From Clostridiales bacterium (lineage in GTDB: Bacteria; Bacillota; Clostridia; Monoglobales; WRBX01): 64,000 bases of DNA. This document shows positions 51,659-61,510 of the stretch, piece after piece. The position numbers and the translations under genes were made by a program. The first letter of the stretch is position 1, and each line of letters opens with the position of its first letter. Below the pieces are notes generated by a model. That model did no database searches, was not told the DNA's origin, and was given only the letters and a program-made list of their open reading frames with translations. Where the stretch lies: the NCBI GenBank assembly GCA_031261985.1, contig JAISIR010000007.1:786-64785 (forward strand), read 5' to 3'.

Positions 51659-52793
51659 TCGATTTTGTTGCATTAAAAAAAAGATAAGTTTATTATTAAT
51701 TATATGCTTAGTTGCGCCGATATTATCTGGCTGTTGGGATAGTTATGATATTGGCGATATGGATATTGTATTATCTGCCTTTGCAGATTACAAAGATGAA
51801 GAGTACACAGTTTATTTAGAACTAGCCAAAAGTTTTGGAGATATGCAAAGCAAACAAGGCAGAACCGATGCAAGTAGTATTATAATGGGCAAAGGCGCCA
51901 CGTACGAAGAAGCGATTTCTATGGTAGAGGCGACGGCGGATAATAAACTTTACACTAATGCTATACAAACGCTAGTTTTAGGGGAGAATTTAGTTAAAGA
52001 AGAAGGAGTATCGGAAATAGTAGAGCGAGTTAGAGGTGACCAAGAGTATAGAAATAATATTGATATATTTGTAACGACAGAGGACATAAAAGCTATGACA
52101 GAAGTTGAACCTAATAATAATGTATATTTAGGGACATCGTTGCGCCAAACAATAGTTAGTAGCGAAGAAGATGGGCAAGATTCTACGTGTAAGTTCCAGA
52201 ATATAATGCGAATGGAAGCGGCTAAAAATGTTAATTTTTTAGTGCCGATGGTGTGTTTGAACGAGAAGAATTATATTGTTCATGGTTATGCAATTTTTGA
52301 TGGTTATAAAATGGTTGGAGCTATTCCTATTGAGGAAAAAAAGGGGTTAGTTACAGTTACAAACCCTAGGGCTAGTTTTGAATATAAGGTGCGTGATGAA
52401 GAAAATATCCATTATTTTGTTGTAGAAAAAGTTAAAGGTGACGTTAAAACTAATTTAGACGAAACGACGGGTATAGTTACTTTTATAATGGATTATAAAT
52501 TTGATGCTAACTATATAAGCAGCGAGGTTTTTCAAAAATTAAATGGTGAGCATTTAAAAGAGTTTATTCCAGATTTGCAAGCACAAATATATCAGAATAT
52601 TGCAGATGAGTTATGGCGGAGTCAGCAAGAGTATGGGATAGATTATTTAGGGTTGTATAGGTATTTTAGGGCTAATTATTATTCGGAGTTTAAGAACTCG
52701 GACTGGCGCGAGATGTATAAAAACGCTAAGTTTGAGATTAATGTTAATATCGATTTAGAAGACGTGAACGACCAGAATTTAGAAGCGGAGTAA
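51651..52793 (+). CDS. Spore germination receptor subunit C (GerAC family lipoprotein)
   Basis: Lipobox ILSGCWD; GIDYLGL near the C-terminus. Confidence 0.85.
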   Translation: MNSRFCCIKKKISLLLIICLVAPILSGCWDSYDIGDMDIVLSAFADYKDEEYTVYLELAKSFGDMQSKQGRTDASSIIMGKGATYEEAISMVEATADNKLYTNAIQTLVLGENLVKEEGVSEIVERVRGDQEYRNNIDIFVTTEDIKAMTEVEPNNNVYLGTSLRQTIVSSEEDGQDSTCKFQNIMRMEAAKNVNFLVPMVCLNEKNYIVHGYAIFDGYKMVGAIPIEEKKGLVTVTNPRASFEYKVRDEENIHYFVVEKVKGDVKTNLDETTGIVTFIMDYKFDANYISSEVFQKLNGEHLKEFIPDLQAQIYQNIADELWRSQQEYGIDYLGLYRYFRANYYSEFKNSDWREMYKNAKFEINVNIDLEDVNDQNLEAE

Positions 52794-52799
52794 AGGCTT

Positions 52800-54263
52800 A
52801 TGATGTTTATTAAAAAGAGTATAGAAAAACAGAATCAACAGATAGTAGATGATTTTATACGAAAGAATCAATCGGCTATTAAGCGCGTGATAAAATTGCC
52901 TAAGGGGTATATTAATTTACTTTATGTGCCGCAGATAACTGATAGGCAAAGGTTGTCTGAGCATATAATTGAGCCTTTAATTAGGTATATCAATAGCGGT
53001 GGCAAGAATTATGATGTGGAATATATAGCCAGTAATATTGTAGACTTTGACGATTTAGATGTTAAAGACGACATAAGTGTGCTTCAAGATGAGGTGCTAG
53101 ATGGGCATTGTGTGTTAATTATGCCAAATTCTAAGCAATTTATAGTTTTCAACACCAAAAATGTAGCCAAAAAGGGGATTCAAGACCCTAAGATTCAGTA
53201 TACATTGCGCGGGCCTAAAGATTGTTTTAACGAGAATATGGACGAGAATTTGTCGTTAATTAAATATCGAATAAAAGATAATAACTTAACGATAGATAAG
53301 TTTAAAGTAGGCGAGCGGACCAAGACTAATGTTGCCATGATTTACTTAACCGATGTTGTTAACAATGACTGTGTAGAAAAATTGACCGAGCGGATTAATG
53401 AGATAAACGTAGATGGCGTGCTTGGCTCGGCGGACTTGCAAAACTCGTTAAGCCAGACTAAGTGGGATATATTCCCAGAATTTGGTATAGCCGAGCGTTC
53501 GGATATGGCGATTGGTGCGGTGCTAGAAGGTAAGGTTATTATATTGGTAGAGGGGAGCGGGTTGGTTCTAATTGCGCCCAAAACTTTTACCGAGTATATG
53601 ACCAGTTGCGATGATTATTACAATGATAAGTTTTATGGAATGTACTCTAAGCTATTAAGGTATGTATCGTTATTTTTACATTTACTATTAGCGCCTATGT
53701 ACGTTGCGATAAAAAGTTTTAACACGCAACTACTTTCGGGCGATTACACTTTAACGCTGGCGACGCTCTCGAATGCTACACCGTTTAATGCGTTAACCGA
53801 GACGTTAATTGTTATGTTTATAGTAGAGTTAATGCGCGAATGTTTATTGCGTGTGCCGCGCGAGATTGGCTCGAGCATTGGTATTGTAGGCGCGGTGGTT
53901 ATAGGGCAATCGGCGGTGACGGCGGGGGTGTTTAGCCCTATTATTCTTATTATAGCGACGTTAAGCTTGCTATCGTCGTTTGTTGCGCCAGATTATATTA
54001 TAACTAATGCGTGCAGATATTTAAACTTTATAATTATAATTATGGCGGGGACGTTTGGGATAGTTGGCGTTATGATATCTATGTTTATACTATCGATTAA
54101 AATGGTAAGCACCGAGAGCTTTGGTGTTCCGTTTATGGCACCTTATGCGCCATGGAACACATCTGATGCGCGAAAGACTATTATATATGATAGGGCAAAT
54201 GAGCAGAAGCGACCAAAGTTTTTGGAGTTGAATGATGAAACGAGGAAGACACCGGAGAAGTAA
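52800..54263 (+). CDS. Spore germination receptor subunit A (GerAA family)
   Basis: LRGPKDCFNE, VGERTKT, ERSD..IGAVLEGKV, ECLLRVP, SFGVPFMAP. Confidence 0.9.
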   Translation: MMFIKKSIEKQNQQIVDDFIRKNQSAIKRVIKLPKGYINLLYVPQITDRQRLSEHIIEPLIRYINSGGKNYDVEYIASNIVDFDDLDVKDDISVLQDEVLDGHCVLIMPNSKQFIVFNTKNVAKKGIQDPKIQYTLRGPKDCFNENMDENLSLIKYRIKDNNLTIDKFKVGERTKTNVAMIYLTDVVNNDCVEKLTERINEINVDGVLGSADLQNSLSQTKWDIFPEFGIAERSDMAIGAVLEGKVIILVEGSGLVLIAPKTFTEYMTSCDDYYNDKFYGMYSKLLRYVSLFLHLLLAPMYVAIKSFNTQLLSGDYTLTLATLSNATPFNALTETLIVMFIVELMRECLLRVPREIGSSIGIVGAVVIGQSAVTAGVFSPIILIIATLSLLSSFVAPDYIITNACRYLNFIIIIMAGTFGIVGVMISMFILSIKMVSTESFGVPFMAPYAPWNTSDARKTIIYDRANEQKRPKFLELNDETRKTPEK

Positions 54264-54461
54264 GCGATAAGAAACTAGTCAGAAGCCAGAAATTAAGAAA
54301 TGATGTAATAAATTATCCATAAATCTCGAATTAATTACGCGCAGTAGCTTGCAGCCAAAATTTGTTCGCTAAAACCAAGCTCCAAATTTATGGGCAAGCC
54401 TTGCGTTCGCTTTGCCAGCCAAAACTCCTGCGCCTTCGGCTTGTAGTTTTGGGGCAAACCT

Positions 54462-55280
54462 TCATATAGAATCTAGTGCTATCATAAGCATAAAGCCGAT
54501 ACATGAGCCGATGATGCCTATGCGTTGGTGGTGCGTTTTAATGAATTGAGAGATAAGCTCTTGCAACGAGACGGTTAGCATTGCTCCGGCGGCAAAACCT
54601 AGTGCATATGGTAAAATTGTGGTGACGCTAGTAATTAAAATTGCGCCCAATAGTGCAAAAATGGGTTCGACTATTGCGGTTGCCTGAGCGATGAAGAAGC
54701 TTTTTATTTTAGAGATGCCGCTGCTGGCTAATGGGACTGAAACGGCGGCGCCTTCTGGGAAGTTTTGTATAGCGATTGCCATGCAAAATGATATGGCGGC
54801 GGCTAGGGTATTACCGTTTACAATTGCGCCAAAAGTGATGCCTAGGGCTAGACCTTCGGGGATGTTATGCAGAGTTATAGCCCAAATAAGAGAGCGCAGA
54901 GTGTTGTTGTTGGCGGGCGTTGTTTGGGGTAGCGGTTCGATAGTTAAGTCTTTAATAGGGCGGTTTAGTTTACATAAAAAGCTTTTATATATTTTGTTCC
55001 AAGGTATCAAAAAAATAGAGCAGCCGATTATAAACCCTAATGTGGCTGGTAAAAACGCCAGGTGTGACGGCTTTAGCATATTAATGGCGGGGAGTAAAAG
55101 CGAGGTAATAGACGCGGCAATCATGATTCCTGATGAAAAGCCATACATGGCGGCGGTGGTGCGTTTGCTAAAGTTAGATAGTAAAAAAACGACAGATGCG
55201 CCCAAGAGAGTGGTAGCCCAAGTGCAAATGCCGGCGATTAATGCTAGTAATGTGTTATCTATAGTTAGTAATGTAGTCAT
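54462..55280 (-). CDS. ZIP family metal transporter (ZupT/GufA)
   Basis: AITLHNIPEGLA, AIQNFPEGAAVS, GFAAGAML; ATG 55280 after GGGAGG. Confidence 0.9.
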   Translation of the reverse strand: MTTLLTIDNTLLALIAGICTWATTLLGASVVFLLSNFSKRTTAAMYGFSSGIMIAASITSLLLPAINMLKPSHLAFLPATLGFIIGCSIFLIPWNKIYKSFLCKLNRPIKDLTIEPLPQTTPANNNTLRSLIWAITLHNIPEGLALGITFGAIVNGNTLAAAISFCMAIAIQNFPEGAAVSVPLASSGISKIKSFFIAQATAIVEPIFALLGAILITSVTTILPYALGFAAGAMLTVSLQELISQFIKTHHQRIGIIGSCIGFMLMIALDSI

Positions 55281-55341
55281 TATAAAAATAACCTCCCACA
55301 TATATAGTATGCTTGGAGGCTATTAATGGTAATTGCAGCTC

Positions 55342-55446
55342 TAAAATTTGCTAAAACGCCAATTGTAAATTGGCTTTGCTCCAATGTCGGCTTGATATAT
55401 ATTAATATAATCTGCGCCTCCATTGAAGCAATTTAGCTAAATTTTA
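55342..55446. repeat. ~100-bp palindromic intergenic element, copy 2
   Basis: Same conserved blocks as 39883-39985. Confidence 0.8.
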
Positions 55447-55503
55447 GCGTTGCAATGGGTTCTGTTTTTAATTTGACAATATAAAATGCCAATTATAATT
55501 ATT

Positions 55504-56037
55504 TTAAAAGTTTTCGGCTTTCTTCTCGAAATAAGCTTGGGCATGGCTGCAGACAGGGCATTTCTCGGGAGCGGTAGGACCGATGTGGACGTGACCACAA
55601 TTGCGGCAAATCCATACTGTACCTTCGTTTGATGTAAATACTTTACCTTCGCTTAAATTAGAAAGTAGTTTTTTATAACGTTCTTCGTGGTCTTTTTCTA
55701 TAACAGCGACGCCGTCGAATAAAGCTGCAATCTGTACAAAGCCTTCTTCACGAGCTACGTCTGCAAATTCTTTATACATCTCGACCCATTCGTAATGTTC
55801 GCCTGCGGCAGCACTTTCTAAATTTTGTTGAGTATTGCCTATACCAGAAAGTAATTTGAACCAAATTTCGGCGTGTTCTTTTTCGTTATTTGCAGTGATA
55901 TTAAAAATATCGGCAATTTGTTCATACCCTTCTTTTTTTGCAACGCTAGAAAAATATGTGTATTTGTTACGAGCTTGTGACTCTCCTGCAAAGGCTGCCC
56001 ATAAATTAGCTTCGGTTTTGCTTCCTTTAAGTTCCAT
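55504..56037 (-). CDS. rbr: Rubrerythrin
   Basis: AFAGESQARNKY, EKEHA, WICRNCG...CPVC. Confidence 0.95.
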   Translation of the reverse strand: MELKGSKTEANLWAAFAGESQARNKYTYFSSVAKKEGYEQIADIFNITANNEKEHAEIWFKLLSGIGNTQQNLESAAAGEHYEWVEMYKEFADVAREEGFVQIAALFDGVAVIEKDHEERYKKLLSNLSEGKVFTSNEGTVWICRNCGHVHIGPTAPEKCPVCSHAQAYFEKKAENF

Positions 56038-56205
56038 AGTTTTTTCAACTCCTTAGTATATTGGTTAAATAAAATCTTTGTCATAAATCGCTGACTATAT
56101 TCTATCATAAAAAAAATCTTTTGTCAACCTCTTGACAATAATCTTTAAATAATGTATTCTATAGGTATAGTGTTAGACGTCTTGTTTTTATGAGGAGAAT
56201 TTAAT

Positions 56206-57390
56206 ATGAAATATAGGAAGAATAAATCGGGTGACGACCTTTCTATCCTTGGGTTTGGCTGCATGAGGTTACCGACGCGCGCAGGGATAATTGACTTTAA
56301 CGCGGCGAAGGCTACCCTTATGTATGCGTACGAGAATGGCGTTAATTATTTTGACACTGCCTATATTTATCATGCGGGGCAAAGTGAGGGGTTTGTAGGC
56401 AGGGCGTTGGCAGAGGTGCGCGATAAAGTTAATATAGCCACTAAGCTTCCGCCTTATTTGGTTAAGCGACCTGCAGATATTGAAAAAATATTTAACACGC
56501 AGATGAAGCGTTTAGGCACGGAATATATCGATTATTACTTAATGCACGCGGTTAAGGATTTATCTACCTGGGAGAAATTGATTGAGCATGGGATTATTGA
56601 TTGGATAGCTGATAAAAAAGCCAAAGGGATAATTAAGAATATCGGATTTTCGTTCCATGGTGTATATGATGAGTTTATAAAACTATTAGATGCGTATGAA
56701 TGGGATTTTGTTCAGATTCAGTATAATTATTTAGACGAGTATAATCAAGCAGGTGTGGCAGGGTTAGATTATGCCTCGAAAAAAGGGTTGCCAGTTATAA
56801 TTATGGAGCCGTTATTAGGTGGCAGGTTAGCGGGAGCACATCCTGAGGCGGCGCAGAAAGTGTTAGACGAGTTCCCGAATGAATGGAGTAATGCCGAGTG
56901 GGCGTTGCGGTGGTTATGGAACGACCCTAGGGTGACGGTAGTGCTATCGGGCATGGGGGATATGGCGCAAGTAGAGGAGAATGTTAGGATAGCCGGTGAG
57001 GCGATGCCAGGCGGGTTAAGCGAGGACGAATTAACGGCGATAGAAGATGTTAAGTTAGAGCTTAAGCGTCGTAATAAGGTGCCATGCACGGGGTGCAGAT
57101 ATTGCATGCCATGCCCTAATAATGTGGATATTCCTGGGTGTTTTAAGGATTATAATAATTTAGATATTGAACCTAATAAAGTAATGGCTAAGCTAAAGCA
57201 TATTGGCTTTAAAAGTGGGTTGACAGGAGGGGCAGACACAGGAGCGCACATGTGTATTAAATGTGGCAAGTGCAAGCCGCAATGCCCGCAAAATATAGAT
57301 ATCCCAGAGCAATTAGATAATGTAGCACGAGAGATGGAAGGGATATTGTATAAAATGATTTCGGGGATAAAAAAGTTGGGTAAAAAGTAA
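56206..57390 (+). CDS. Aldo/keto reductase with C-terminal 4Fe-4S domain
   Basis: LGFGCMRLP, YFDTAYIY, CTGCRYCMPCP, CIKCGKCKPQCP. Confidence 0.9.
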   Translation: MKYRKNKSGDDLSILGFGCMRLPTRAGIIDFNAAKATLMYAYENGVNYFDTAYIYHAGQSEGFVGRALAEVRDKVNIATKLPPYLVKRPADIEKIFNTQMKRLGTEYIDYYLMHAVKDLSTWEKLIEHGIIDWIADKKAKGIIKNIGFSFHGVYDEFIKLLDAYEWDFVQIQYNYLDEYNQAGVAGLDYASKKGLPVIIMEPLLGGRLAGAHPEAAQKVLDEFPNEWSNAEWALRWLWNDPRVTVVLSGMGDMAQVEENVRIAGEAMPGGLSEDELTAIEDVKLELKRRNKVPCTGCRYCMPCPNNVDIPGCFKDYNNLDIEPNKVMAKLKHIGFKSGLTGGADTGAHMCIKCGKCKPQCPQNIDIPEQLDNVAREMEGILYKMISGIKKLGKK

Positions 57391-57423
57391 ATTGGTTAGG
57401 CAAAAACTAATTGGAGGAAAGCA

Positions 57424-58482
57424 ATGAGATACATAAAAGCAATAGCTCTTTGTTTAGTTATATGTTTATGCGCGATGTCGTTTAGTGGCTGTGGCAAAAA
57501 GAAAGTTTTGCGCGTGTATAATGCAATGGATTACATTGATGGGTCTGTGCTATCGGCATTTGAGAAAGAGAATAATTGCATAATAGAGTATAATAATTAT
57601 GATAACAACGAAGATGCTTATAGCGTTATTACTTCTGGTAAATTAGAGCCTTATGATATTGTAATAGCGCGCGAGTATACCATTAGTAAGCTTATTTGGG
57701 GGGATTATTTACAGCCGCTTAATATGTCGCTGATTCCGAATAGTAGTGGGATAGATGCGTTGTATAAGAACTTGGAGTTTGATGCTGGCAATAAGTTTAG
57801 TCTGCCTTATATGGTAGGTACGTTTGGTGTTTTATATAACTCGGCGCATGTAAAAGAGCCTATTAATGGTTGGAACGAGTTATGGAATGTTAACAACACC
57901 GCTAAAATGGTAATGATTAATAGTCAGCGTGATGGTATTGCCGTTGGTTTGAGCGTGCTAGGGTATAGCGTTAACTCGAAGAACTCTAAAGAGATTACAG
58001 ATGCAAAGAGTAAATTGGCAGGTTTGGGCAGGTACATTACGGGGTATCAGAACTTTCAGATAAAAGACAATATGGCAGCAGAGAGGATATACCTAGCACC
58101 TAGTTACTCGGGCGATGCGTATTATGCAATAGCCAAAGCGGCGGCTAATAATGTTACGCTTAAGTACGAGTTGCCAAGCGGTGGAGCCTCTAAGTTTATA
58201 GATAGTTTTGCCATAATGCGTGATGCAAAAAATGCTGATTTAGCGCATAAGTTTATTGATTATATGTGTAGGGCAGATGTAGCTACTAAAAACAGCGTGG
58301 TATCGTGCTATACATCGGCGGTGACGGCGGCAAAGGCAGGTCTACCAGCCGAGATGCAAAACTCGCCTATATTATACCCTGCTAAAAATGTTTGGAGTGC
58401 GTTGCCAATGTATGATTTTAACTTAAATGCCGATGAGTTATATAATAAAGCATGGTTAGAGGCGAAGACGAATAAGGGGTAG
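57424..58482 (+). CDS. Polyamine ABC transporter substrate-binding lipoprotein (PotD-like)
   Basis: Lipobox FSGC, LRVYNAMDYI, LPYMVGTFGVLYN, AHKFIDYM. Confidence 0.82.
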   Translation: MRYIKAIALCLVICLCAMSFSGCGKKKVLRVYNAMDYIDGSVLSAFEKENNCIIEYNNYDNNEDAYSVITSGKLEPYDIVIAREYTISKLIWGDYLQPLNMSLIPNSSGIDALYKNLEFDAGNKFSLPYMVGTFGVLYNSAHVKEPINGWNELWNVNNTAKMVMINSQRDGIAVGLSVLGYSVNSKNSKEITDAKSKLAGLGRYITGYQNFQIKDNMAAERIYLAPSYSGDAYYAIAKAAANNVTLKYELPSGGASKFIDSFAIMRDAKNADLAHKFIDYMCRADVATKNSVVSCYTSAVTAAKAGLPAEMQNSPILYPAKNVWSALPMYDFNLNADELYNKAWLEAKTNKG

Positions 58483-58506
58483 AGTTTTGACGGTAGCGCG
58501 CGTGGG

Positions 58507-59118
58507 CTAGAATAATTTAGCTACTAGGTTTATAAAAACTGGAACAATAAAGCCATCTACTAATGATGACACAAAAAAGGCGATGCCAAACATAATTGCG
58601 CGCCAGGTCCATTTTTTCTTGGTTATGCTTTCGTCCTGATTTTTAACTTTAAGCGAATGTAGTTTAGATGCAACATTTAGCGCACACACGTTAAAAATTA
58701 CCAATGCAGGGATAAAAATTATCGTTTGTGGAATAATTGAAACTATAGACACTAAAAAACCGCGACCACCAAAATAAAGGGTCATGTATCCTAAGCTAAA
58801 GCCTAGGCAAAAACCTTTTATTATTTGTGCTACGCCGCTTAAAAATCTTAATCTATACATAAAACCTAAAATAAATATAAGTAGCCATAGGCGCAAATTA
58901 AAAAATAACGATTTTACAAATACTTGAAAATAGTCTATGGCATCTAGTGATAATCCGCTCATAAAATTTTGGATATTGCGCGAGACATCTTCTGCTTTGC
59001 TAAAGCCTGCAAGCGTGAATCCGCCAATGAATCCTATTGATAAACACATTAGTACAAACATATATTTCATTCGATTATTGTTTATGTGATACATTATAGA
59101 ATTGCGCAAAGATTTCAT
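58507..59118 (-). CDS. spoIIM: Stage II sporulation protein M-like membrane protein
   Basis: KGFCLGFSLG, IIPQTII, SSLVDGFIVP; multi-TM. Confidence 0.7.
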   Translation of the reverse strand: MKSLRNSIMYHINNNRMKYMFVLMCLSIGFIGGFTLAGFSKAEDVSRNIQNFMSGLSLDAIDYFQVFVKSLFFNLRLWLLIFILGFMYRLRFLSGVAQIIKGFCLGFSLGYMTLYFGGRGFLVSIVSIIPQTIIFIPALVIFNVCALNVASKLHSLKVKNQDESITKKKWTWRAIMFGIAFFVSSLVDGFIVPVFINLVAKLF

Positions 59119-59131
59119 GTGTAAACACCTC

Positions 59132-59208
59132 TGTAAAGAATATGTAACAAAAATGTAAAATATGTTTTTTAAAAAAGGGGTTTACAAATTTTTTTTTTGT
59201 GATATAAT
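59132..59208 (+). promoter_or_regulatory. murA promoter with upstream TGTAA[AC]-N5 triple direct repeat
   Basis: TGTAAA-GAATA-TGTAAC-AAAAA-TGTAAA 59132-59159; TTTACA 59181, TGnTATAAT 59203. Confidence 0.55.
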
Positions 59209-59264
59209 TAATGTAGTATGGTAAGTATGTTATAAATATTAGTAGTACCAAAGGAACGTTGTAA

Positions 59265-60560
59265 ATGGAAAAAATGATAGTAATGGGTGGCAAGCCCTTA
59301 AATGGCGAGGTTACAATTAGCGGCGCGAAAAATTCTGCTGTGGCAGTTATTCCTGCAGCTTTATTAGTCGACGGCGTTTGTAGGATAGAAAATGTTCCTA
59401 ATATAAACGATGTTACCGTGCTGCTTAATATTTTGGCATCGCTTGGGGCTAAGCACAGGTATGTTTCTAGTGATGTAATAGATATAGATTGCACCAACTT
59501 AAAAACGCATGTTGTGCCATACGAAATGGCGGTTAAAATGCGCGCGTCTTCGTACTTAATAGGTAGCCTTATCGGCAGATTTAACAAGGCCGAGGTTGCC
59601 ATGCCAGGTGGGTGTAATTTTGGGGTTAGGCCTATAGACCAACATCTTAAAGGGTTTGTTGCCCTTGGCGCAGATGTGAAACTAGAGCATGGTGTGGTTA
59701 ATGCTGTTGCCGAGAAGCTTATTGCTTCGTCAATTTATTTAGATGTAGTTTCGGTTGGTGCGACTATTAATATAATGCTTGCAGCTAGCAAGGCAGAGGG
59801 TGTTACGCATATCGAAAATGCGTCTAAAGAGCCTCATGTTGTTGATGTTGCCAACTTCCTTAACGCAATGGGAGCGAATATAAAAGGCGCGGGCACCGAT
59901 GTAATAAAAATCACTGGTGTGCGTAGCTTGCATGGTGGAACCTATAGTATCATCCCCGACCAAATTGAAGCAGGAACTTTTATGCTTGCGGCGGCGGCTA
60001 CTAAAGGGAATTGTTTAATCAAAAATGTTATACCTAAGCATTTAGAGGCAATTACCTCTAAGCTTATAGAGATGGGTGTGCAGGTAGAAGAATTTGAGGA
60101 TTCTGTTAGAGTTTCGCGCACAGGTGAGCTTAAAGCTACTAATATAAAAACGCTGCCTTACCCGGGGTATCCTACCGATTTACAACCGCAAACGGTTGCG
60201 CTTTTATCTATCGCTAAGGGTGTAAGTGTGATAACCGAGAGTGTGTGGGATAATCGCTTTCAGTATATAGATGAAGTTCGTCGAATGGGTGCAGACATTA
60301 AGGTAGATGGTAGAAGTGCCATTATTCAGGGTGTGCATGAGCTTATGGGTGCGCCAGTTAAGATGACGGATTTGCGCGCGGGTGCGGCGCTGATTATTGC
60401 AGGACTAGCTGCTAATGGTGTTACCGAGCTTGCTAATTTGGTGCATATAGATAGAGGATACGAGAATTTAGAGCAAAAATTACAAGCGTTAGGTGCGCAA
60501 ATTGTGCGTAAGGTATGTGATGATGCGCCAGAGTTCCCTGATGTGAAAAAGCATGCTTAG
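59265..60560 (+). CDS. murA: UDP-N-acetylglucosamine 1-carboxyvinyltransferase
   Basis: ISGAKNS, MRAS, PGGCNFGVRPIDQH, TDLRAGAAL, HIDRGY. Confidence 0.97.
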   Translation: MEKMIVMGGKPLNGEVTISGAKNSAVAVIPAALLVDGVCRIENVPNINDVTVLLNILASLGAKHRYVSSDVIDIDCTNLKTHVVPYEMAVKMRASSYLIGSLIGRFNKAEVAMPGGCNFGVRPIDQHLKGFVALGADVKLEHGVVNAVAEKLIASSIYLDVVSVGATINIMLAASKAEGVTHIENASKEPHVVDVANFLNAMGANIKGAGTDVIKITGVRSLHGGTYSIIPDQIEAGTFMLAAAATKGNCLIKNVIPKHLEAITSKLIEMGVQVEEFEDSVRVSRTGELKATNIKTLPYPGYPTDLQPQTVALLSIAKGVSVITESVWDNRFQYIDEVRRMGADIKVDGRSAIIQGVHELMGAPVKMTDLRAGAALIIAGLAANGVTELANLVHIDRGYENLEQKLQALGAQIVRKVCDDAPEFPDVKKHA

Positions 60561-60603
60561 CTTACTAGCTGATTAAACAAATTTTTAATTAAGGATTATT
60601 AAG

Positions 60604-61401
60604 ATGGAAATAACTTCACTTTCTAGCGGGAGTAGTGGCAATTGTATTTTAGTTAGCCATAACGAAACGAATATTTTAGTTGATTGCGGACGTTCGGGTA
60701 AACACATCGATTCTTGCTTGGGCGAAGTAGGGCTAACGGGGAAAGATATCGACTATATCCTTATAACGCACGAGCATAACGACCATATTAGTGGTGTGGG
60801 CGTATACTCGCGTAAATATAATTTGCCCATTTACTCTACTGTGGGCACTTTTTCGTACATCAATATGCATAATAAGTTAGGTAAAATTGCGCCAGATAAT
60901 ATACATACTTTTGATTATGGGCAGGAGCTTAAGCTTGGTGGCGTGCATGTTATTCCTTTTAAAACACCTCATGATGCGACTCAGCCTGCGTGCTATAGGT
61001 TTATTGCAGATGGGAAATCGGCGGTTGTTGCTACCGATATTGGCTACCTAAGCGATAGTGTGTGCGAGCATTTGTTAGATGGTGCGGATATTGCGTTTAT
61101 CGAGGCTAACCACGATATTAATATGCTAAAAAATGGTGATTATCCTTACTTTTTAAAGGATAGGATATTGGGGGATAAGGGGCATTTGCCTAACGAGAAA
61201 TCGGCGGAAATTGCGGTTAAGATGATAAAAAAAGGTACGAAACATATAATGCTTGGGCATTTAAGCACCGAGAATAACCTGCCTAAGCTTGCGTATGAAA
61301 CGGTTAAGAATGCGCTAGAGAATGCTGGAGCGACGGTGGGCGATGATGTTTTGCTAGATGTGGCTAATAGGAACGAGCCGAGTAAGAGGATGATAGCGTA
61401 A
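60604..61401 (+). CDS. Metallo-beta-lactamase-fold hydrolase (YycJ/WalJ-like)
   Basis: SGSSGN, THEHNDH, PHDA, EANHD, GHLSTENN. Confidence 0.88.
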   Translation: MEITSLSSGSSGNCILVSHNETNILVDCGRSGKHIDSCLGEVGLTGKDIDYILITHEHNDHISGVGVYSRKYNLPIYSTVGTFSYINMHNKLGKIAPDNIHTFDYGQELKLGGVHVIPFKTPHDATQPACYRFIADGKSAVVATDIGYLSDSVCEHLLDGADIAFIEANHDINMLKNGDYPYFLKDRILGDKGHLPNEKSAEIAVKMIKKGTKHIMLGHLSTENNLPKLAYETVKNALENAGATVGDDVLLDVANRNEPSKRMIA

Positions 61402-61510
61402 AAGCAAATGATTAATTAACGAAAAAACTTTTAGCCGAAACTAAAAGTTTTATTTTTTTAGAAATCATCTGTTTTGCATTTATTATTAATTACTAATTAC
61501 TAATTATTAA

